NCBI GenBank assembly: GCA_018812625.1
Contig: JAHJDH010000033.1
Coordinates: forward strand, 3,622-67,621
Reading direction: 5' to 3'
DNA from: Candidatus Micrarchaeota archaeon
GTDB lineage: Archaea > Micrarchaeota > Micrarchaeia > Anstonellales > Bilamarchaeaceae
Length of the DNA: 64,000 nucleotides
A model generated the notes under the pieces. It ran no database searches and was not told the origin of the DNA. It saw nothing but the letters and a program-made list of their open reading frames with translations. The position numbers were made by a program, and so were the translations under genes. Numbering within the stretch: position 1 is the stretch's first letter; each line of letters opens with the position of its first letter. Below are positions 18,876-29,144 of the stretch, one piece after another.

Positions 18876-21068
18876 TTAATCCATAAAGAAGGTTACATCC
18901 GGAGCGTCTGGTTTTTCGCCTTTCCTCTCTCTGATTTGTCTGATTATCTTCTCTGTAAGATCTCTTGGAACCTGATGGTATCCAGCATATTCCTGATACC
19001 AAATGGCTCTACCTTGTGTTGCTCCTCGAAGGTCATTTGCAAATCCAAACATCTCGGCAACTGGAAGAACTGTTGTAATAACTGCATTTTCTCCTTCCTG
19101 TTCCATTGCCTCAAGAACACCGCGTCTTCCGTTTGTCATGTTAATGACATCTCCAGAATATTCTCCAAGAGTGTTGATCAGAACTTTTTGCTTTGGCTCA
19201 AGTAGTGCAATTTCTGCCTGGATCATACATGCATAGATTGGTCTTCTGATTGTTGGAAGCATCTGTGCAGGGCCTCTGTGGATGTTGTCTTCATGCAAAG
19301 TAGCATCAACAAGCCTTACAAGAACTCCAGTGACCTTTTCCTTTGCCTTTGGTCCCTGGTTCATACATTCTCTGAACCCCTGAATCATAAGCTCCTCAAC
19401 TTCATTTAGGTACTGAATACCCTTGGTTGCATTGATGAACATATTTCCATGATAGATGTCGTAGACTTTTCTAGCCTCGTCACGCTCAAGGCCAAGTTCA
19501 ATGAGTTTTTCATAATCCTCTCTGACCTTTGGCTTTCCATCTGCAATCTCTCCCTTCTGAAGTGCTTCCAGTAGTTCTGGATTAATTGCCTCAACAGTAA
19601 CCTTGAGTCTGTTGTGCTTGTTTGGAGATTTTCCTTCAACCGGGCCTCCCTTTCCTTTGATTGTTTCAGAATAAAGGACAATCGGAGGTGATGTGATGAT
19701 TGGAATTTTCTTCTCCTTCTCGATCTTGTACTCAATAATCTCAAGATGAAGTTCTCCATTTCCGCTTACAAGGTGTTCTCCAGTATCCTGGTTGAGTGAA
19801 ACCTTGATTGTAGGGTCTTCCTTTGAAATGCTTCGAAGCGCTTCAATAAGCTTTGGAAGGTCTTTCTGTTCTTTTACTTCAATGGATTTTGTAATGACTG
19901 GCTCTGAATAGTGCTTGATTTGTTCAAATGGAGTAATTTGTCTAGAAGAAACAGTTTCTCCTACATATACATCCTTAAGGCCAACAAGCGCTCCAATGTT
20001 TCCAGCTCTAATTCTCTCTGCAGCAACTCTGTCCTGCCCCATGAAGATACCAACTTGCTGAACCTTTGCAGTTTTTTTAAGTGATGCAATATACAGCTCA
20101 GTTCCTTTTTGTATGGTTCCAGAAAAGATACGGGCAACAGCAACTTCTCCAGCATGTTCATCGTAAACAACCCCGAAAACAACAGCTACTGGGTTTCCTT
20201 CAGGGTCACAGGCAAGCATGCTTTTTCCTTCATCAGTTTCAAGATCTCCGCCTTTCCAAAGAACTGGAGTTCTGTATGCCTGAGCAACTTTGGGGCTTGG
20301 AAGATGTTTGATTACCATCTCAAGAAGAACATCGTCAAGAGGACTCTTTTCAACCAGGAATTTGTGGTCTTCTTCTCTGCATTTGTCATAAATGTCCTTG
20401 AACGAGATATTGAATCTTTTCATTGAAGTAATTGAAAGTGCCCATTTGTTGTATGCAGTACCAAATGCAACATTTCCTTTTTCTACGCCGATAAGCCAAT
20501 CATCTTTTTTATCTGCAGGTGCATTTGCCGAAATGATTTTGTTAACCTGCGTAATGATTTTTATAAATTTTTCCTGCATTGCAGCAGAATCAAGTTTCAA
20601 TTCATTGATAAGTCTGTCAACTTTGTTAATGAACAAAATTGGTTTTGCTCTTTCTTTAAGTGCCTGTCTAAGGTTTGTTTCTGTTTGTGGCATAACTCCT
20701 TCAACAGCATCAATAACAAGACAAACACCATCAACTGCTCTCATAGCTCGAACAACGTGGAAACCAAAGTCAACGTGTCCTGGAGTATCAATAAGGTTAA
20801 TCAAATAATCCTGGCCTTCAAATTTAAATCCAAGAGAAATGTTAGCTGATTTGATTGTAATTCCTCTGGCTGCTTCCTGCTCATCAAAATCCATAACTCT
20901 CTGAGCACCGGCAAGTTCTTTGCTGATAAGTCCTGCACGTGCAACAAGACTGTCTGTTAGGGTTGTTTTACCATGATCAACGTGGGCAACAATTGCAACA
21001 TTTCTGATGTTGACTGAATTTTCCATCAACTTCTGTACTTCTTCGACTACAACTTCCTTTCGTGCCAT
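18876..21068 (-). CDS. fusA: Elongation factor 2 (aEF-2)
   Basis: AHVDHGKTT, RGITI, DTPGHVDF, NKVD, GELHLE, diphthamide-site HEDNIHRGPAQ. Confidence 0.99.
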   Translation of the reverse strand: MARKEVVVEEVQKLMENSVNIRNVAIVAHVDHGKTTLTDSLVARAGLISKELAGAQRVMDFDEQEAARGITIKSANISLGFKFEGQDYLINLIDTPGHVDFGFHVVRAMRAVDGVCLVIDAVEGVMPQTETNLRQALKERAKPILFINKVDRLINELKLDSAAMQEKFIKIITQVNKIISANAPADKKDDWLIGVEKGNVAFGTAYNKWALSITSMKRFNISFKDIYDKCREEDHKFLVEKSPLDDVLLEMVIKHLPSPKVAQAYRTPVLWKGGDLETDEGKSMLACDPEGNPVAVVFGVVYDEHAGEVAVARIFSGTIQKGTELYIASLKKTAKVQQVGIFMGQDRVAAERIRAGNIGALVGLKDVYVGETVSSRQITPFEQIKHYSEPVITKSIEVKEQKDLPKLIEALRSISKEDPTIKVSLNQDTGEHLVSGNGELHLEIIEYKIEKEKKIPIITSPPIVLYSETIKGKGGPVEGKSPNKHNRLKVTVEAINPELLEALQKGEIADGKPKVREDYEKLIELGLERDEARKVYDIYHGNMFINATKGIQYLNEVEELMIQGFRECMNQGPKAKEKVTGVLVRLVDATLHEDNIHRGPAQMLPTIRRPIYACMIQAEIALLEPKQKVLINTLGEYSGDVINMTNGRRGVLEAMEQEGENAVITTVLPVAEMFGFANDLRGATQGRAIWYQEYAGYHQVPRDLTEKIIRQIRERKGEKPDAPDVTFFMD

Positions 21069-21361
21069 AAAATTTCACCGATTTTACCATTATGTATATA
21101 TTACAGTGTCTATCCGACAATTAGTTGTTGTAATGGTAGTAGGAAAAGAATATAAAACCTGCTTTTGGTCCCTATCTGCGTGGTATGACTTGTTGAAAAT
21201 CGATTTTTGTATTTTTCTGATTCGATTATTTGATTTTTATTGGCTTTATTGTGAATTTCACTATTTTTCTCTCTTTTTTTATCTTATTTTTTGTGATTTT
21301 TTGTCTCATATTGTGTTCTGAGCATCTGTTTAAAAATCTTTATTACAAGAAGTGTATATAT

Positions 21362-22705
21362 ATGAGCAGAAAGTTGAGGGTGGCAGTATATGATTTAGCC
21401 AGAGCGCCCATGGAAACGCTCACAAAAAGGCTGAATTTATCTGGGTTATCTGTGTTATCAGATGAACCTATGCGTTTAACTGCTCAAAGCGCCAGGCCAG
21501 ATGCGGATGTCTGGCTAAATAAGTGGTCATTCAATCTAAAAGCTCCTTTTCTTGAATGTCACAAACCCAAGCTTGGAATTTTGACTATGACTGTTGGCAC
21601 TGACCATATTGATATGGATGCAGTTTCAAAACACGGCCTTCAAATAGAGACCTGTCCATCTTATTGTTCAAATTCAGTTGCTGAGCATGCTATTGCACTG
21701 GCACTTCGCGGGTCCTATAAGGATTCTGCTCTTCCACAACTTTCGCCATCTCAATTATTATTTACTAATCTTTCAGATTCCTTAGTTGAAGCTGCAGTTG
21801 CACAAATTCTCTTTAGAATTCGCCAGCTTGATAAAAGCATTGAACGTGCAAAAGCGTATGATTATGGTCCCTCTGAAATTGGTAGATATGCTGCTCCCTG
21901 GTCTAATCAGGAGCTGCTTGATAAGAGAATAGGAATTGTTGGTACAAATGGTTCTGCAAAAAAACTTATCAAAATACTAAAATCTGGTTTTGGTTCTCAC
22001 GTTCTTCTTCATCATTCCGATATTGCGCTTGAGTCACTTGGAGCAGTTCCTTTCACATGCTATGAAATTGGCAAGTCTTGCGCTTATGTCTTTCTTAATG
22101 ATGAAAATATTCACTTTTCTGACCTGCTGAAAATCGATGCACGACGTTTAGAGCCTTCTTCATATGTACTATCAGGTTCAAAAGTAGCAGTTCTTGGAGC
22201 AGGAAAAATCGGCTCAAGAATTGCTGAAATTGCAAAGCTTGGCTTTGACTGTGATGTAACTGTATTTAGCAGAACTGAAAAGCCAGAACTTTCTGAAATC
22301 GGAATAAATTTTGCTGCCAAGCTGCAAACTGCAATTTCAGATGCTCAGTTTATTTTTGTCGCACTTCCACTTACTGCAGAAACAACCAATATCATCAATG
22401 CTTCTGTGATTGCAGGCTTAGATCCATCAATTCCAAGAGTAATGGTTAATGTTACTCGAGATAAAATCATTGACAGCGAAGCACTTTATTCTGCTATTGA
22501 GAGCGGAGTTATTTCTGTTTATGCAACTGATGTTCTTCCAAATGACACTTCACTTTGGGTTGGAAATGAACCTGATGAGATTACAAGCAGATTTGCAGTC
22601 CATCCAAGAGTAATTGCAACTCCTCATGAAGCTGACAGTTCTGTTGATTCAGCAGAGCGACTTGCTTCTGAAGTTATTGAAAAATTAAAGACGTTTAAAA
22701 TGTGA
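21362..22705 (+). CDS. D-isomer 2-hydroxyacid dehydrogenase-like protein with internal duplication
   Basis: VGTDHID, SVAEHAIAL, VLGAGKIG, LPLTAET, VNVTR, ATDV, IATPH; start ATG 21362 (track extension lies in a T-rich tract). Confidence 0.75.
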   Translation: MSRKLRVAVYDLARAPMETLTKRLNLSGLSVLSDEPMRLTAQSARPDADVWLNKWSFNLKAPFLECHKPKLGILTMTVGTDHIDMDAVSKHGLQIETCPSYCSNSVAEHAIALALRGSYKDSALPQLSPSQLLFTNLSDSLVEAAVAQILFRIRQLDKSIERAKAYDYGPSEIGRYAAPWSNQELLDKRIGIVGTNGSAKKLIKILKSGFGSHVLLHHSDIALESLGAVPFTCYEIGKSCAYVFLNDENIHFSDLLKIDARRLEPSSYVLSGSKVAVLGAGKIGSRIAEIAKLGFDCDVTVFSRTEKPELSEIGINFAAKLQTAISDAQFIFVALPLTAETTNIINASVIAGLDPSIPRVMVNVTRDKIIDSEALYSAIESGVISVYATDVLPNDTSLWVGNEPDEITSRFAVHPRVIATPHEADSSVDSAERLASEVIEKLKTFKM

Positions 22706-22710
22706 TATAT

Positions 22711-25491
22711 ATGGCAGAAAAATTAATCAAGCCTCAAAATGTTCCAAAGAAACCAGAGCGGGCAGCACCAAAAGTTTTCCATGCTGGTAGGTATAAAGAT
22801 CGCGGAGAAGACGCTGCACAAATGTCAATTACAAATATTGGCGGAACTGATGTTGATAAAGTAATAGCTCCATACAAAGGAGACTCATCCAGAAGAATTT
22901 TGTATGGCAACTGGGGAGATCCTGTTCGCTATGGCCTTGGTCCATATGAAGGTTTTTTCCGCCACAAGGGTCGTATATTCTCTCTTGAAAAAGATCCAAC
23001 AACATTTACTAGTTACTGTCTTTCTGGAGATACTGATTTGAAAGAAATCCTGGCAGCTGGTTGGAGGGGCTCACCAAATCCATTTGCAGTTGACAAAGTC
23101 CAGGTTTATATCACTCCAGGAGTTGCAGGAGCACTTAAGCTGATTTGCCAGTCATTCCTCTTGCCTCCATCCCAGCCAAATCTCTCTCCTGCTTTAGATC
23201 TTCTCAGATCTTCTCTTGAGGGCATTTCAAATGGTCCTTCTGATTCATCGCTAGTAATGCCTGCACTTTTATCTATTCAAAAGATCGTACAAACTGAATA
23301 TGATCGCTGTTCTGTACGCGATAATGTGGTTGTTCCTCTTTGGACATATGTTTCGCATATGGCAAGCGTTTATGGTGCGCAGGGCCGTGTTAATGTCTGC
23401 GATATCCAAGAGGATGGACAGGTCGATCTTGATAGTTTTGAGAAAAGCATTGATAGAAACACCCGCGCTGTAATTTTTGCAACTGTTGGAAACCCTCTTC
23501 CAGTTGCCATGCATCCAGAAAAATTTGATGAAATCCTTCGAATTGTTGATCGGAAGATGAACCAATATGGCCATCCAATTCTTGTTGTTGCAGATACTAT
23601 CTATGAGCATTTTAGAAATCAAAAAATGAATCGTATTGATCCGATCCAAAGAGCAATGGTGCTTCAGAGACGTGAGGATGTGTTTGTTCCAATAATCGAT
23701 ATGTGCAGTTTCTCCAAAATGCTCGCTATGCCAGGTCAGCGTGTTGGATATGCAAGAATCCGCTGGGAAGATCGGCTTTTTCCGGAAGAGAGGCATGACT
23801 TTTTCCTTTTGATGAATGCGATCGAAGGAATTGCTCTTGGTACTGTGCCAATGGATACTCAAAGAGCTCTTGCTAAACTTTACACTTCAATCAATTTGCA
23901 CAGTCCTGTTGAGGAGGAGCTTGCACCTATTGCAACTGTGCTAAAAGTTCTTCAGGATTTGCCTTCTTCATCTCATGAACATACTGATGGCTATTATTCT
24001 GTAAAGAGAGTTACCAAAATGGTTGAAGATTTAGCAGTTAATACTCTCTCTGCTTACAAATTTGCAGTAACCAGGGGAAATATCCAAGAAATAGCAGAAC
24101 GTCTTGAAAAAGCAGGCATAATCGACATGCGATATATTGAGGACAGTTCTGGAAAATCAGTTCCTCATTTCAAACTAAGTATAGAATCTCTTCCAAAAAT
24201 TCCACAATCATCATCAGGAAAAATAGAGCTTGCTGATATTTCAAATGATCTTGCCTGGAGGGAGTTTGCAGAAATTACATATCCAGGCTTGATTGAGCGG
24301 GAAGACCTTCGCTACGATGCACACAAAGCCTTTATGCGAAGAGAATCATCCTCAAGAACAGTCGCATTTGCAGAAGGTGTTCTGTCCTTGCAGTCCATGG
24401 GCCGTCCAGTACACCTGCATCCAGCTTTGCTAGATGGCTCTCAACTTAACAGGGATAATCTCAGTGCATTCTATGTCCTGTTTAGTTTTGATCATTATCA
24501 GAGCTATCATGGTCCGGACTTCCCATCACAAGCAGCGCAAATTGCAAGCGAATGTATCAAATATAAGTTTCCGATTCCATATTGGGTTCCAGCAGAATTA
24601 TTCATTCCGCCAGACCTTAGAAGCGATGAGACTTCATATATACGAAACGTATCATTGCAAGGGTCAGATGAGATGGCAGAAATGCTTAATGTCATGGATC
24701 GACTGACCAGGCTTCCGACAAAAGGAATCCGTTCTGATCGTCTTCGTCAAATCAATGAACCTTCAAGGAAACTGCTCGAATCAATTTCCCCAGAAGTTCC
24801 AGCTATAATCTCCAGACTTTCAGATGCTTTGACTTATGAAGGAACTAGGCAGTCAGAGGCATTATCTCATGCTAAGGAAGAGCTGAGCGTATTATTTGGC
24901 CAGATACAGGAGGATTCTCTTAAAAGTCCAATTTCATCAGAAGTATCGCAGATGAGGGATTTGCTCTCTGCTGCTATCTCTAATCTTGAGCTTGCTGATG
25001 ATCTTTCAAATGCATCTGAGACCAGGGAAACAGTTGGTTCTGCAATAAGCACTTTGGAGAAAATTGCAGTATTTGAACCTAAACCAGATTCTGCTCCAGG
25101 CAAAATTGAGGAACATAACCGGGTTTTGATTATGGACGATTCTGTGGATGTAAGCACTGTGATGGGGAAGATATTCACAAAACTCGGATTGCGTGTTACT
25201 AAGGTTGCAAATGGTGAAGATGCAATTATTGCAGTCCAAGATGCAATAGCCAAGGGCAACCCTATAAGTACTATATTCCTTGATTTGAATATTCCAGATG
25301 AGCATATGGGAGGTAAGCAGGCTGCTCTGGAAATCCGGGCAATTGATCCGAATGTTCGGATATTTGCAGTTAGCGGCGAATCTGACCACGAGGTTATGAA
25401 GAATCCGACTGATCATGGGTTTACCGGCGCTCTTGGAAAACCATTTGTATATTCTGATGCACAGAAAGTTTTGGAACCAGATAAAAAATAA
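22711..25491 (+). CDS. Class I/II PLP aminotransferase-fold protein fused to C-terminal response-regulator receiver domain
   Basis: TPGVAGAL, VGNP, VADTIY, SFSKMLAMPGQRVGY (PLP Lys); REC RVLIMDDS..IFLDLNIP..GG..FAVSG..GKPF. Confidence 0.8.
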   Translation: MAEKLIKPQNVPKKPERAAPKVFHAGRYKDRGEDAAQMSITNIGGTDVDKVIAPYKGDSSRRILYGNWGDPVRYGLGPYEGFFRHKGRIFSLEKDPTTFTSYCLSGDTDLKEILAAGWRGSPNPFAVDKVQVYITPGVAGALKLICQSFLLPPSQPNLSPALDLLRSSLEGISNGPSDSSLVMPALLSIQKIVQTEYDRCSVRDNVVVPLWTYVSHMASVYGAQGRVNVCDIQEDGQVDLDSFEKSIDRNTRAVIFATVGNPLPVAMHPEKFDEILRIVDRKMNQYGHPILVVADTIYEHFRNQKMNRIDPIQRAMVLQRREDVFVPIIDMCSFSKMLAMPGQRVGYARIRWEDRLFPEERHDFFLLMNAIEGIALGTVPMDTQRALAKLYTSINLHSPVEEELAPIATVLKVLQDLPSSSHEHTDGYYSVKRVTKMVEDLAVNTLSAYKFAVTRGNIQEIAERLEKAGIIDMRYIEDSSGKSVPHFKLSIESLPKIPQSSSGKIELADISNDLAWREFAEITYPGLIEREDLRYDAHKAFMRRESSSRTVAFAEGVLSLQSMGRPVHLHPALLDGSQLNRDNLSAFYVLFSFDHYQSYHGPDFPSQAAQIASECIKYKFPIPYWVPAELFIPPDLRSDETSYIRNVSLQGSDEMAEMLNVMDRLTRLPTKGIRSDRLRQINEPSRKLLESISPEVPAIISRLSDALTYEGTRQSEALSHAKEELSVLFGQIQEDSLKSPISSEVSQMRDLLSAAISNLELADDLSNASETRETVGSAISTLEKIAVFEPKPDSAPGKIEEHNRVLIMDDSVDVSTVMGKIFTKLGLRVTKVANGEDAIIAVQDAIAKGNPISTIFLDLNIPDEHMGGKQAALEIRAIDPNVRIFAVSGESDHEVMKNPTDHGFTGALGKPFVYSDAQKVLEPDKK

Positions 25492-25651
25492 GGTCCTCGC
25501 AATTGTTTTTCAATAGTGTTTTCCAAAAATGAAAAGGTTTTAGCTTGGAAAACGCTGGGCCCAAATACCGAATCGGTTTAAGGGCGACCACTCTCATGGT
25601 CCCGAAGGACAATAGTTGAGAATAACCATTTTGAACATGTTTGCGAGGATC
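25492..25651 (+). ncRNA. Candidate structured RNA (closing stem plus three hairpins), identity unknown
   Basis: GGTCCTCGCAA/TTGCGAGGATC closing stem; AGTGTTTTCCAA/TTGGAAAACGCT; GCCC..ACCG-AAT-CGGT..GGGC; GTCC-CGAA-GGAC. Confidence 0.5.
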
Positions 25652-25686
25652 AGGTAGCTAATTGCAACAATCATTTATTTACTTTT

Positions 25687-27084
25687 CTATGCTGCGCTAA
25701 AAGCTTCCTTGATCAGTTCATTCATTTTTTCAGGCGGATCAGTCTTGACATGTATAATAAAACTGAGGATATTTCCAACTGTGATATTGTCTGCATTGTT
25801 GAATATGTTCAGCGCATCCTCCAGTGGCATTGTCAATGTGAAATCTGCATCTGAGTATGATCCTTCTTTTACATTTACTATGTAGCCATCATCAAGCTTT
25901 GCCTTTAGTTTTATGTTCTCATCCCCTTCGATCCTAAGGTTTACCTTATCATATTTTTTCATTACTTTAACAAAAATCGGGTTGCTGTTGAAGAAAGAAA
26001 CAACTGCTTCTGCATTTATTCCATATTCAAGTCCAACATCTGTTTCAACAATTCTCTCTTCCTCTGGTATTTCTTCTGCCTCTTCAACTTTTACTATATC
26101 GGGGGCAATAGAATATTCTTTTGCGCATTCCGGAGAATCCAGTATGTATTCAAGTATCTCTGCATTGTCCTTGAAATATCCATCTTCGCATATTGTTATC
26201 ATACTGTATGACTGGAAATTGCAGTAAGTAATCTTTGATTCTATATGAAGTGTAAAGTTTTCATTATGCATCTGGTATGATATTTTCTTCTTGCTGGAGC
26301 TTTTCGAATCAAGCTCCAGGCTGTCATTTTCCTCTATGTACTTTTCTGTCCAGTCGTAAAGGGTTTCAGATGGTGCATTATACTTATTCAGCAGAACTGT
26401 GCATGCACCTTGACTTAGACTAATTATTGTTTCATTTTCTGCTTTGCCCTGGTTCCATTCCGGTATTTTGGCTGAATAATCCTCATCAATGAATGTGCCG
26501 TATTTTGTATCATCCAGATTCGGCATGCCGGGCTTTGCACTGTAGTCTGGCTCAGCATATTCTCTTGCGCATGCTACACTTGAAGTAAAATGTTCAAGAT
26601 CTTCTTCATATTCGTTCCAGTAGTCCTTTGCGCATGTTGCCAGAACTACATATGTTTTGTGATTGCAATAATGCATGCTTGTTACTGCCTTGAAAGTTAT
26701 ATTGTCAAAATCTGCAGCAAATCCCATTGAGTGCTTATCAATATCAACTTCATCCAAGCTCACATTTTCGTTTGCTGCTGTTGCATTTACTATCCAGTTG
26801 AAAAGCGGGGTTATTGGGGCATCATGCCGATCTACATTCAGGACACATAATGCATTTCCAATTGCAAGGATACTGGTATTCGTCTGATCTCTTGATTCCC
26901 ACTCCGGATATTCAAGAGAAAAATCATCATCAGTAAATTTTGAGAATTCTGTTTCATTGACTTCTGGCGTCGGTTCTTCTAATTTCTGCTCTTCTTCTGT
27001 TACTTTCTGCTCTACAGTCTGATTAGTACAGCCAAAGAGAATACTAAATACTAGTAATACTGCCAATATCCTTGAAATTTCCAT
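25687..27084 (-). CDS. Lipoprotein with two Cys-containing internal repeats and possible C-terminal SCP2-like domain
   Basis: Lipobox ILFGC; repeats FTDDDFSLEYPEWE / FIDEDYSAKIPEWN each with C..YCN..C..CA.EY; DADFTLTM near C-terminus. Confidence 0.7.
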   Translation of the reverse strand: MEISRILAVLLVFSILFGCTNQTVEQKVTEEEQKLEEPTPEVNETEFSKFTDDDFSLEYPEWESRDQTNTSILAIGNALCVLNVDRHDAPITPLFNWIVNATAANENVSLDEVDIDKHSMGFAADFDNITFKAVTSMHYCNHKTYVVLATCAKDYWNEYEEDLEHFTSSVACAREYAEPDYSAKPGMPNLDDTKYGTFIDEDYSAKIPEWNQGKAENETIISLSQGACTVLLNKYNAPSETLYDWTEKYIEENDSLELDSKSSSKKKISYQMHNENFTLHIESKITYCNFQSYSMITICEDGYFKDNAEILEYILDSPECAKEYSIAPDIVKVEEAEEIPEEERIVETDVGLEYGINAEAVVSFFNSNPIFVKVMKKYDKVNLRIEGDENIKLKAKLDDGYIVNVKEGSYSDADFTLTMPLEDALNIFNNADNITVGNILSFIIHVKTDPPEKMNELIKEAFSAA

Positions 27085-27131
27085 AATTAGAATTCGAAAG
27101 AAATAATTAAATGAATATATAAAAAATAAAA

Positions 27132-27746
27132 TTATCTTGCGCTTCTAGCCATACGCTCTGTTTCGTCACGTTTTTTGATAGAGTAACTGGTTTGAACGTC
27201 TCCCTTTGCAGTTGAGATGATTTCGCTAGCAAGAGACTGTGCAAGTGATTTTGGCTTGTTGAATGCCCCCATAAGAGCAGAAAGTGAAATGTTTCTAAGT
27301 GCCATGTCAAGTCTTCTTGTTGCTGAAACATCTACTGCAATCTGGTAGCTAACTCCACCATGTGAAACACGTGTTACGTCCTCTCTTGGAGCTGAATTTT
27401 CAAGAGCTCTGATAAGAACCTGAATCGGATTCTCCTTGGTCTCTTTTTCAACTATGCCAAATGCCTCGTCAACTATTCGAAGTGATTTGAGCTTTTTCCC
27501 CTGCATTCTTCCCTTTGTTCGGATGACTTTTCCTGATGTTTTTTCACCAGTTCCTCCTCTCATCAGTTTGTTTGCAAGTCTCTCAACAATATTGACTTCC
27601 ATCTTACCAAGATTTTTTCTTGCATTTCTTCCAAAAGTGTGTGGAACTGCAATTGGTTTGAGGGAAATAGTTTGAGCAAGACTCAAATCTTTTATCTCAA
27701 GCTTTTCAAGTGAATATTTGCCAAATAGTTTGTCCATTAAAATCAT
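27132..27746 (-). CDS. rps7: 30S ribosomal protein S7
   Basis: [52 protein letters not shown]; start may be 27737. Confidence 0.97.
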   Translation of the reverse strand: MILMDKLFGKYSLEKLEIKDLSLAQTISLKPIAVPHTFGRNARKNLGKMEVNIVERLANKLMRGGTGEKTSGKVIRTKGRMQGKKLKSLRIVDEAFGIVEKETKENPIQVLIRALENSAPREDVTRVSHGGVSYQIAVDVSATRRLDMALRNISLSALMGAFNKPKSLAQSLASEIISTAKGDVQTSYSIKKRDETERMARSAR

Positions 27747-28180
27747 CTCTTAGGCTTTTCTTTCCTGCCCTTTCGAAGCATTTGAAGATCTGCTCCATTT
27801 ACAGCAACGACCTTGTACCTAACTCCTGGCATAGATCCCATCTGACCTCGTTGAGATCCTCCAAGACCTGCCAAAGTGACCTGGTCGTGCTCATCAATGT
27901 AAGTAATTGCCTTGTTTCTAGGTGCATGTGCACTGACAACTTTTCCATTTTTTAGAAGCTGGACCTTTACACATTTGATAAGTCCAGAGTGAGGCTGTTT
28001 CTGCTCGAGAACAATTTTTTCAAGTACAATCGCATCTGCTTGCGGAGCACCTTCTAGTGGATCATGCTTTTCTTTAAGCCTGAGTGTTCTTCGTTTCCAT
28101 TTCTTAGAGAGCCAGCGCTGACCTTTTCGGCGCCTTTTCATATTTCTTCCGGCGAATTCGCCATTTCCTCCTTTTCCCAT
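27743..28180 (-). CDS. rps12: 30S ribosomal protein S12
   Basis: [35 protein letters not shown]. Confidence 0.97.
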   Translation of the reverse strand: MGKGGNGEFAGRNMKRRRKGQRWLSKKWKRRTLRLKEKHDPLEGAPQADAIVLEKIVLEQKQPHSGLIKCVKVQLLKNGKVVSAHAPRNKAITYIDEHDQVTLAGLGGSQRGQMGSMPGVRYKVVAVNGADLQMLRKGRKEKPKR

Positions 28181-28268
28181 TAATACACCTAGTAATAAAA
28201 CTCAAATATGAGTAGAGACTATTGTAGTACTGAGAAGGTTTTATAAAGTTTATGACAGGGGTTCATTT

Positions 28269-29144
28269 ATGGTTTCCAAGTTTCTCTATTCGTTTTCGCT
28301 ATCGGATATGGCTCCGATTATTGAAATGCAACGTCTTGCGGCAAGCCAGATGGCAATTACTGCATTCAATGACAGAAGCACCATGCATGAGACTCTGATG
28401 AAACTGCAGGATGGCGCTCGGCAGGCATCTGTTATGGCCCAGGCTGAAACAGCATCAGTCTCATCTGATCTTCATAAGAATGCCGAAAACCAGTCAATTC
28501 GAACTTATAGCCTTACCTATTACAATCCAGAAACACAGGAAACAGAAGTCATCCAGGAACATGCAGATATACATGTTAAGGATTATGCCAAGGCAATGAT
28601 TGAAGAGTCTATGGGATCTGCCTCAGCAATTCCACTGTATCAATATATAGGAAGTCCAATTGTCCGGGAAGAAATAGTTCCATGGAAGCTTGAGAAGATT
28701 CTCTCTGAGCGTGAATATGGAACTCCTCCTTCTGCAGGAGGCGGGGCAGCAGTTGTTCCAATGCGCGTTATTATTCAAAAAACAGCTGAGCGCAAAATAG
28801 CAAAAGCCAGGGATGAAGAGATCAAGGCAGCAGTTGCCGAGGCAATTTTGAGAAAGGAATCCAGCGAATTAAAGATTGTCGAGGAGATCCTTCTTCTTGA
28901 AGATGCCATTGAAGCTCTTCGCAATGGCGAGGATATTGACAAAATTCTTGAAAAGCTGCCTGCACTTTCCCGAGCAAGGTATCTTATTGCACTAAAGAAA
29001 AAGCATTTTACAAGAAGACAAATAATCAATATGCTTCTTCGCGATGCTCTTTTCTTAAAGAAAATAAAGAAAAAACTAGAGTTATTTACCTTAGATGATC
29101 TTCTTGATATGGTAAAAATCTTAAGAAAAATGACTACTTCTTAG
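28269..29144 (+). CDS. Hypothetical protein
   Basis: 291-aa ORF divergent from rps12; TTTATAAA upstream; no recognised motif. Confidence 0.6.
   Translation: MVSKFLYSFSLSDMAPIIEMQRLAASQMAITAFNDRSTMHETLMKLQDGARQASVMAQAETASVSSDLHKNAENQSIRTYSLTYYNPETQETEVIQEHADIHVKDYAKAMIEESMGSASAIPLYQYIGSPIVREEIVPWKLEKILSEREYGTPPSAGGGAAVVPMRVIIQKTAERKIAKARDEEIKAAVAEAILRKESSELKIVEEILLLEDAIEALRNGEDIDKILEKLPALSRARYLIALKKKHFTRRQIINMLLRDALFLKKIKKKLELFTLDDLLDMVKILRKMTTS

Noticed and set aside
21200..21361. T-rich tract and hydrophobic N-terminal extension of ORF 21230
   Set aside because: Low-complexity intergenic sequence; ATG 21362 after a TATA-like box is the better start.
25590..25620. SRP RNA helix 8 (CATGGTCCCGAAGGACAATAG)
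   Set aside because: Lacks the conserved CAGG/AGCA symmetric loop and GNRA tetraloop; kept only as an unknown structured RNA.
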